Source: a virus
Taxonomy: Duplodnaviria > Heunggongvirae > Uroviricota > Caudoviricetes
DNA length: 13,017 nt
Direction: 5' to 3' (one strand)
IMG/VR virus record: IMGVR_UViG_2698536418_000004
Location: 1-13,017 of that record
Position numbers and translations under genes: made by a program. Positions within the stretch are counted from its first letter, which is position 1. Each line of letters begins with the position of its first letter. The notes below the pieces were generated by a model. That model saw only the letters and a program-made list of their open reading frames with translations, had not been told where the DNA came from and did not search any database. Below, in pieces: positions 7,595 through 13,017 of this stretch.

Positions 7595-7664
7595 AGTGAT
7601 TGTGATAACTCGGTTATCAGGCCACCGACGAACGCACCAGCCCGCGCCAGTCAAGTGGTGCCAC

Positions 7665-9596
7665 TCAGGCATCAATACGGATTTTTGTGGCAATGCCGTC
7701 AGTGGTGAAACCTTCCTGCTGATCAATGTATGGCGTGTCCACACCATCCAGCCAGGCCACTTCAATGGTGTCAGTGCCCTGTGCCGCCGCCAGATACCAG
7801 GTTTTCGGATCTGCCGCATCAAGACGCGCTTCTGCAATCACCTCAGCAAAGTTCTGGATGGGGTTAATGACACCGGCGTTTGCATCCGCCCCTTTCACAC
7901 TGGCCGATTTGATGGTCTGGTTCGCCACCGTCTCCAGTGCCACCGGTACCAGCATAAAGGCCGGACGGATATTCAGGGCGCGATCGCCTTCTTTCTGCAG
8001 GCGCATCATCTGACGGGCCGCATCCAGTCCGGAAACGGAAATCCCACCGGTGGCAATATTTTTGTGATCGGCATGGAACAGCGCCTTACCGTCTGACAGT
8101 TTCGGGTTATCCGTCAGCACCTTGTAAACCAGGTCACCAATCGTTGCCTTCGCCGCACGCCCCATCTTCATCGGCACGTCCACCAGCATATTCAGATCAT
8201 CATTGATAATGGCCTGGCGGGTGATGGAGAAAATCTCCCCGTAAGTGGCCAGTGCAATGGTCTCCTTGCGATCTGAGGTGGTGATGTATTTATACTCCGC
8301 CCCCTCACGAACCTGGCGCAGAGAACCAAAACCGCCCATCCCCACGCGATACGCTGTTTTGAAGTCTGACAGGCGTCCCTTACGGGTCCACTTCTGGAAG
8401 GTTTCTTCTGATTCCTCCCAGCCCTGGATCAGCCCCTTGTTCGACACATCCAGCAGAATATTGCCAAAATCAGAGGTGCTGTGCGTCAGCGCCAGCCCGA
8501 CCATCTGCATGGGGTTATAACTGGCCACCCCAATACCGCGCTCCGTCAGTGACATGCGAGCCCATTCACGCAGGGTCATCCCGTTATAGGCGTTATCCTT
8601 CTCGACATTTTCAAATCCGGCACGGGCCAGCATCGCCTGGCGGATCCCGTCCCCCACAAAATTGCCGTTTCCGGCATAAATATGAGCCGGTGTATTTTTG
8701 TTGGTCGGCGAGGACTCCTTGCCCATTTCATTCAGCAGACGTTCACGGGCCATTTCCAGCGAACAGTCAGGATCAGCCACGCACTGTGCCTGAAGCGTCT
8801 GATAGCGACCGCCGAACATGGCAAACAGATCGTTAATGCCTGACATGCGGGCTTTCTGTTCTGCCATAACGCGGGCGCGAATGGTCGCCTCATCAGACAC
8901 TGCCGGTACCGGTGATGGTTCTGTTACCGCCGGTGCAGGGATTGTCACTGTGGTATCACGCGGGGCACTGTTGTATGGCTGCGTGATCATATTTCGGATG
9001 GATTCCGGCATCTTTTTAAATTCCTCTGTACGTTTTGACTGAATACATGCCATTGCCTTAACGGCTGGCGTCACCTGGTCTGCAAATCCGTGTGCCAGAC
9101 ACTCGGCACCGGACATCCAGGTCTCATCCGCCAGCATGGCGGCAATTTCATCGGTAGTTTTTCCGGTTTTCTGCGCATATACCGGCACCATAACCGACTC
9201 AAGTTTGTCCAGACGTTCGGCATAAGTGCGCATTTTCTCCGCATCACCACCGCTGATCCCCCAGGGTTTATGGATCATCATGAAGGCATTTTCCGGCATA
9301 ATGACCGTGTCACCGGCCATCGCAATCAGGGATGCCATCGAGGCGGCAACGCCATCCACATACACGGTAATGGCCGCACCGTGATTTTTCAGGGCATTAA
9401 AAATGGCGATGCCTTCAAAGACATCGCCACCCGGTGAGTTGATGTGGAGATTAATGTGGGTGATATCACCCAGGGCATTCATATCGCTGACAAACTGCTT
9501 CGCGGTAACTCCCCAGAAACCAATCTCGTCATAAATATAAATATCCGCCTCACCCTGACCACCCGCCTGCATCCTGAACCAGGATTTATTCTTCAT
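7665..9596 (-). CDS. tripartite capsid gene: ClpP-like prohead protease, scaffold-like linker and HK97-fold major capsid domain in one ORF
   Basis: ORF open from 9758, but the ATG at 9596 (MKNKSWFRMQAGG...) overlaps the portal stop (cagcATGaagaaTAA) and is the likely start, giving about 643 aa. N-terminal ~200 aa carry ClpP/S14 motifs: INSPGGDVFEG, VDGVAASMASLIAMAG (catalytic Ser), MIHKPWG (His). The middle is Pro/Ala/Glu-rich. The C-terminal ~340 aa resemble phage major capsid proteins. Start codon choice is uncertain (9596 versus 9572 or upstream). Confidence 0.8.
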   Translation of the reverse strand: MKNKSWFRMQAGGQGEADIYIYDEIGFWGVTAKQFVSDMNALGDITHINLHINSPGGDVFEGIAIFNALKNHGAAITVYVDGVAASMASLIAMAGDTVIMPENAFMMIHKPWGISGGDAEKMRTYAERLDKLESVMVPVYAQKTGKTTDEIAAMLADETWMSGAECLAHGFADQVTPAVKAMACIQSKRTEEFKKMPESIRNMITQPYNSAPRDTTVTIPAPAVTEPSPVPAVSDEATIRARVMAEQKARMSGINDLFAMFGGRYQTLQAQCVADPDCSLEMARERLLNEMGKESSPTNKNTPAHIYAGNGNFVGDGIRQAMLARAGFENVEKDNAYNGMTLREWARMSLTERGIGVASYNPMQMVGLALTHSTSDFGNILLDVSNKGLIQGWEESEETFQKWTRKGRLSDFKTAYRVGMGGFGSLRQVREGAEYKYITTSDRKETIALATYGEIFSITRQAIINDDLNMLVDVPMKMGRAAKATIGDLVYKVLTDNPKLSDGKALFHADHKNIATGGISVSGLDAARQMMRLQKEGDRALNIRPAFMLVPVALETVANQTIKSASVKGADANAGVINPIQNFAEVIAEARLDAADPKTWYLAAAQGTDTIEVAWLDGVDTPYIDQQEGFTTDGIATKIRIDA

Positions 9597-11088
9597 GCTG
9601 GCTGTCGGTGGCCTGCTGACGCTGTTGTTCAGTTCCGGCACTGTTGCCTCCTTTGTCGTTGACGGGGTCAGTATCAAAGACCAGCCCCAGTCTGCTGTTT
9701 TCATCAATTTCAGCCTTGCGGCGACGTTTGACCTCATCCGGATTGCGCCCGCCGGCACGCACCCAGTCAGATTCTGTCGCTACACCACCCCGGATCTGAA
9801 TTCTCCAGGCTTCAGCTTCCTTAACCGGGTCGATCCACGGCATCACCGGACCGGAATACGTCGCGTTATATAGCGTTTTCATCTCCACATCCGCCGGAAT
9901 TTTCAGCAGACCTGCCGCAACCACCATATTCAGCCATGTCCGGTACACCGGACGGGTTACCGCGCCAATAAAACAGTCCTGCAGGATCAGGTAACCATCC
10001 GTGGACTCGACCAGCTCCTGCCGCTGGGCACTGTAGGTGCCGTTATAGTTACGCGCCGCACTGGAAAAACTCAGACGACTGCCCGCTGCCACTGCACGCA
10101 ACTGGCCGTTGCGGAAAGTTTCAAGGTTGGGATTGGGACGGTCTGATTTGACCATGCCGATATCCTCGCCCTTGCGCAAATCGTCATAAATAATACCCGG
10201 GGTGATATGGACTTCCCGGTCGGTTTCTTTGATCCCCGGCTCTTCATAGTCCTGCCCGTCACCTTTACGGATATACAGTCCCAGCGCCGCGGCAATACGC
10301 GCCGCAGTGAGTTCCGCATCCTCATACTCCTTAAGGGCACTGATCCGCATCAGCACCCCCGATAACATGGATGAGCCTCGCGTCTGATGCAGACGACGAG
10401 TGAACTTCAGGTGGATCATTTTTCCGGCAGCGATTTCTTTCGTATCACTCTGCCGGCCGCTGACCGGATAATTTTTATAAACCAGATATTTTTTCGGTCT
10501 TCCCCACTCATCAAGAAAAACCCCCTGATTCAGTCCGGCGGATTCATCAGTGCGCATGGGAACAAAATCCGGCTCCATCGCCTCAAGCCAGAATGGCACT
10601 CCCGCCGTCCGTTCCAGACCGTTTCCCGCACCACTGACCATCTGCGCAAACACTTCACCATCCCGCAGCCAGGTCCGCAGCAGTAAACGTTCAAGCACGG
10701 GACGGGTATACTGCCCTGTCACATCCGGACTCACGGACCACTCAGCCCACAACCGGCGGATATCCGCAGCCAGCTCTGCCGCCATTTCCCCGTTTTTTCG
10801 TAATGGCTGAGGCTCCACAATAATTCCCCTGGCACCAATCACCCGCTCTTCCAGCTTGTCAAACACACCAATCACCAGGTCATGATTGATATCCAGAAAA
10901 CGGGCCTGCTCCCGCAGGGAAACCGCACCGTATTTACTGAGCTGATCAGCAGAGCGATTTTCCCGCCGGGCTTTATGTGTCCGGGTCGGTTTCACCGCCT
11001 CATAGGCCATGATTAACGCCCTTGAACGCAGTCTGGCTGCTTTCCAGCCGGGGGAAAACACGCCTATCACATCATCAATAATTGCCAT
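9586..11088 (-). CDS. portal protein
   Basis: 500-aa ORF between the gpW-like gene and the protease-capsid gene; size and position fit a lambda gpB-type portal. Start overlaps the W stop (TAATG). Confidence 0.85.
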   Translation of the reverse strand: MAIIDDVIGVFSPGWKAARLRSRALIMAYEAVKPTRTHKARRENRSADQLSKYGAVSLREQARFLDINHDLVIGVFDKLEERVIGARGIIVEPQPLRKNGEMAAELAADIRRLWAEWSVSPDVTGQYTRPVLERLLLRTWLRDGEVFAQMVSGAGNGLERTAGVPFWLEAMEPDFVPMRTDESAGLNQGVFLDEWGRPKKYLVYKNYPVSGRQSDTKEIAAGKMIHLKFTRRLHQTRGSSMLSGVLMRISALKEYEDAELTAARIAAALGLYIRKGDGQDYEEPGIKETDREVHITPGIIYDDLRKGEDIGMVKSDRPNPNLETFRNGQLRAVAAGSRLSFSSAARNYNGTYSAQRQELVESTDGYLILQDCFIGAVTRPVYRTWLNMVVAAGLLKIPADVEMKTLYNATYSGPVMPWIDPVKEAEAWRIQIRGGVATESDWVRAGGRNPDEVKRRRKAEIDENSRLGLVFDTDPVNDKGGNSAGTEQQRQQATDSQHEE

Positions 11089-11324
11089 TAAAACCTCGCC
11101 AGTTTAAATCCTGGTTTTCCCCGCCTGCGGCTCACCATCGCGGCAAGCCTGCGTTCCCACTCCTGACGTCCGGCGCGGATCTGAGAAAGGCTTTCCAGCG
11201 TCAGTTGCTGTCCGTTGAAGGTGACAGACTTCCCCTCCAGTACGGCCATTTCCGCTTCACGGTACCGCTGTATCATTTCTCTGGCTTCTTCTGTGCTCAC
11301 AACCAGCCTCCTGATGTTATCCAT
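11088..11324 (-). CDS. W: head completion / head-tail joining protein, gpW-like
   Basis: 78-aa ORF between terminase and portal. C-terminus RRRGKPGFKLARF resembles the lambda gpW C-terminus (RRRGPAGFYV); size and position match gpW. Confidence 0.75.
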   Translation of the reverse strand: MDNIRRLVVSTEEAREMIQRYREAEMAVLEGKSVTFNGQQLTLESLSQIRAGRQEWERRLAAMVSRRRGKPGFKLARF

Positions 11325-13017
11325 GGATTATCTTCCGCACGCTCCGTCCGCAGTTTTTTCTTCCGGCGACGGCGTTTTTCTGCCCCGGCCGTCAGTTCCG
11401 GGGATACCGTTTCACCAGAACGCTCCTGCGGGAAGACGAGCCACGTTTCCCGCTGTGCCCAGTCCGGTGCGGAGGGCCAGCGGATCTTTTCGTAACCATG
11501 CAGAACGGCAAGCGCATCCGCATAAACCAGCAGGTCAAACGCCTCGTTAGCTCCCCTGCCCGGTTTTCGCCATTTTCCGTCACTGCCGCGCTCTTCATAG
11601 GTCAGCTCATCGTAAAACCATCGCCCCAGCCAGTCGGGAAAGTGGATATAGTTCGGCCCTGGTGTGTCACGCCACAGGGCATTATTTACACGGTCCTTAA
11701 ACGCATCCGTCTGAACCAGCCACAGCGCGACATCGCCACTGGCTCTGGCACGGCGGGCACTTCTGCCGGTATTATCCGGGAAGGTACGGTTAATCAGCCT
11801 GTCACGGCGAAGTCCATCCCCCTTGAACAGAAACACCCTGTTGCCCAGTCCGTCACTCCGGCAACGACGCCAGAAACGATAGGCGTTATCTGTCACCCCG
11901 GCTTCCCCTCCCGTATCCACCGCCATGGCCATCAGACGCATGCGCACATCCGGATCAGAAGCCAGCGGCCATGTTTTATGGAACACATCCGTCAGCAACA
12001 AATCCCAGTCCTCCGGATATGCCGCCGGATCAACCGGCAGACTTTCACCGTTGGGACTGCAGCGCAGTGAATGCCGGATGTTATAGCGATCAACAATCCA
12101 GCGTTCCCCCTGCTCTCCGTATCCGGTGATCTGCACAACAAAACGGCGATTTTTACCGCCCTGTACGTCAACCGTTGCCTCAATAAAACGCACACCATCC
12201 GGCACAGATCGCCGGGGAAACGGCTCGGCACGCTGTTCAAGCAGTTCACTTTTACGCTGTTCCGTGGCTGAACGGGGCAGATAGGGGCGTCCGATATCGG
12301 TGTTCACCACCGCTTTCAGGGTCTCTTCACTGCCGGTTCGCTCATACTCTTCTTCTGCCGCCAGCAGTTTAAAAATCAGTTGTTCCCAGGTCTGAAACGC
12401 CGCAGCCGGCCCCTCCATCCAGAATGACGCAATCCGGGAATTTCGTGGCGTTCCGGTGATACTGCCGTCCGCCACCGCCCGTTCACCTTCACGAAGCCAG
12501 ATCCCTTTGTTATTCAGTTCGCGTTTCTGCTCAGGGGCAATCAGCCCGCGACAATGCGGACACATCAGACGGGCAGCCTGACCGGCAGCCACAAAATCCG
12601 GGTTATTCCGGTATCCGGTCATGTTATCCATCACCGGCTGAAAATATTCCCCGCAGTGCGGACACGGCCAGTACCACCGGCGGCGGTCTCCCCGGTTATA
12701 CAGTGACAGGATCCCCGTTGTTGGCGGTGCCTCATGTGCGCCGCCACAGCGCCATTTGGTGTCAGTGATATCCCGCCCCGGCGAACTCTCGACCAGGGTC
12801 ATCCCCGAGGACATAAAGGTGGTGGTACGCTTTGATGCCAGGGTGAAGGCATCCCCTTCCCCGTCCACGTTTTCAGGGAAACGGTCATAATCCGTCAGCG
12901 CCACACGACGGTAATCCGTAAGCGTCGTCTCAGCACCGTCTGGCAGATCCTGAAATTCCTGAGAGAATAGTGGACACCAAATATGGTGGACGCTATCCAT
13001 GAAATCATTAACCGCAG
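11297..13017 (-). CDS. A: terminase large subunit (GpA family), 5'-truncated by the window edge
   Basis: ORF open to the right edge with no stop upstream of the first in-window Met. WPCPHCGEYFQP and a following CPHC motif resemble the paired-Cys region I recall in lambda gpA. About 570 codons visible; the N-terminal ATPase segment must lie beyond 13017. Confidence 0.85.
   Translation of the reverse strand, partial: AVNDFMDSVHHIWCPLFSQEFQDLPDGAETTLTDYRRVALTDYDRFPENVDGEGDAFTLASKRTTTFMSSGMTLVESSPGRDITDTKWRCGGAHEAPPTTGILSLYNRGDRRRWYWPCPHCGEYFQPVMDNMTGYRNNPDFVAAGQAARLMCPHCRGLIAPEQKRELNNKGIWLREGERAVADGSITGTPRNSRIASFWMEGPAAAFQTWEQLIFKLLAAEEEYERTGSEETLKAVVNTDIGRPYLPRSATEQRKSELLEQRAEPFPRRSVPDGVRFIEATVDVQGGKNRRFVVQITGYGEQGERWIVDRYNIRHSLRCSPNGESLPVDPAAYPEDWDLLLTDVFHKTWPLASDPDVRMRLMAMAVDTGGEAGVTDNAYRFWRRCRSDGLGNRVFLFKGDGLRRDRLINRTFPDNTGRSARRARASGDVALWLVQTDAFKDRVNNALWRDTPGPNYIHFPDWLGRWFYDELTYEERGSDGKWRKPGRGANEAFDLLVYADALAVLHGYEKIRWPSAPDWAQRETWLVFPQERSGETVSPELTAGAEKRRRRKKKLRTERAEDNPWITSGGWL

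Noticed and set aside
7568-7837. 89-aa minus-strand ORF overlapping the capsid 3' end and the intergenic hairpins; similar nested minus-strand ORFs at 579-803, 1798-2124, 3031-3306, 10071-10340 and 11392-11598
   Set aside because: These are alternative-frame readings inside the capsid, H, portal and terminase genes, Arg/Trp-rich and without supporting start signals. I treat them as frame artefacts, not embedded genes.
9597-9758. Extending the capsid polyprotein to the first Met at 9758 (697 aa)
   Set aside because: That would give a 173-nt out-of-frame overlap with the portal gene, and the extra N-terminal residues (MPAGAIRMRSNVAARLKLMK...) look like frame noise. The ATG at 9596 overlapping the portal stop is the more parsimonious start, though not proven.
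1-13017. A hidden defence, toxin-antitoxin or other accessory system in this window
   Set aside because: Every ORF of meaningful size on the coding strand is accounted for by a head or tail morphogenesis function in canonical lambdoid order, and the only intergenic gap over 20 nt is 135 nt of hairpin-forming sequence. There is no room or signal for an additional cargo system, so I am not claiming one.

Overview
The window reads as a densely packed, minus-strand late (morphogenesis) operon of a lambdoid siphovirus or prophage from an enterobacterial host; I found no plus-strand genes, RNA genes, CRISPR arrays, insertion sequences or cargo/defence genes. In transcription order (high to low coordinate) it encodes: large terminase (5' end off-window), gpW-like head completion protein, portal, a single long gene fusing a ClpP-like prohead protease, a scaffold-like linker and a major capsid domain, a small Gly/Ala-rich head protein, FII-like and Z-like connector proteins, tail terminator U, major tail protein V, chaperones G and G-T (with the canonical -1 slippery heptamer), tape measure H and minor tail protein M. 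The main unusual feature is at the left end: a 1321-bp unit (3' end of H, M, 5' part of L) is present twice in tandem as diverged copies, creating an in-frame chimeric ORF (L codons 1-145 joined to the last 186 codons of H) and a second intact M gene. I do not see a separate novel system here; the window is core structural genes, and the rearrangement is what deserves checking. All homology statements come from by-eye comparison with remembered phage lambda protein sequences, not from a database search.
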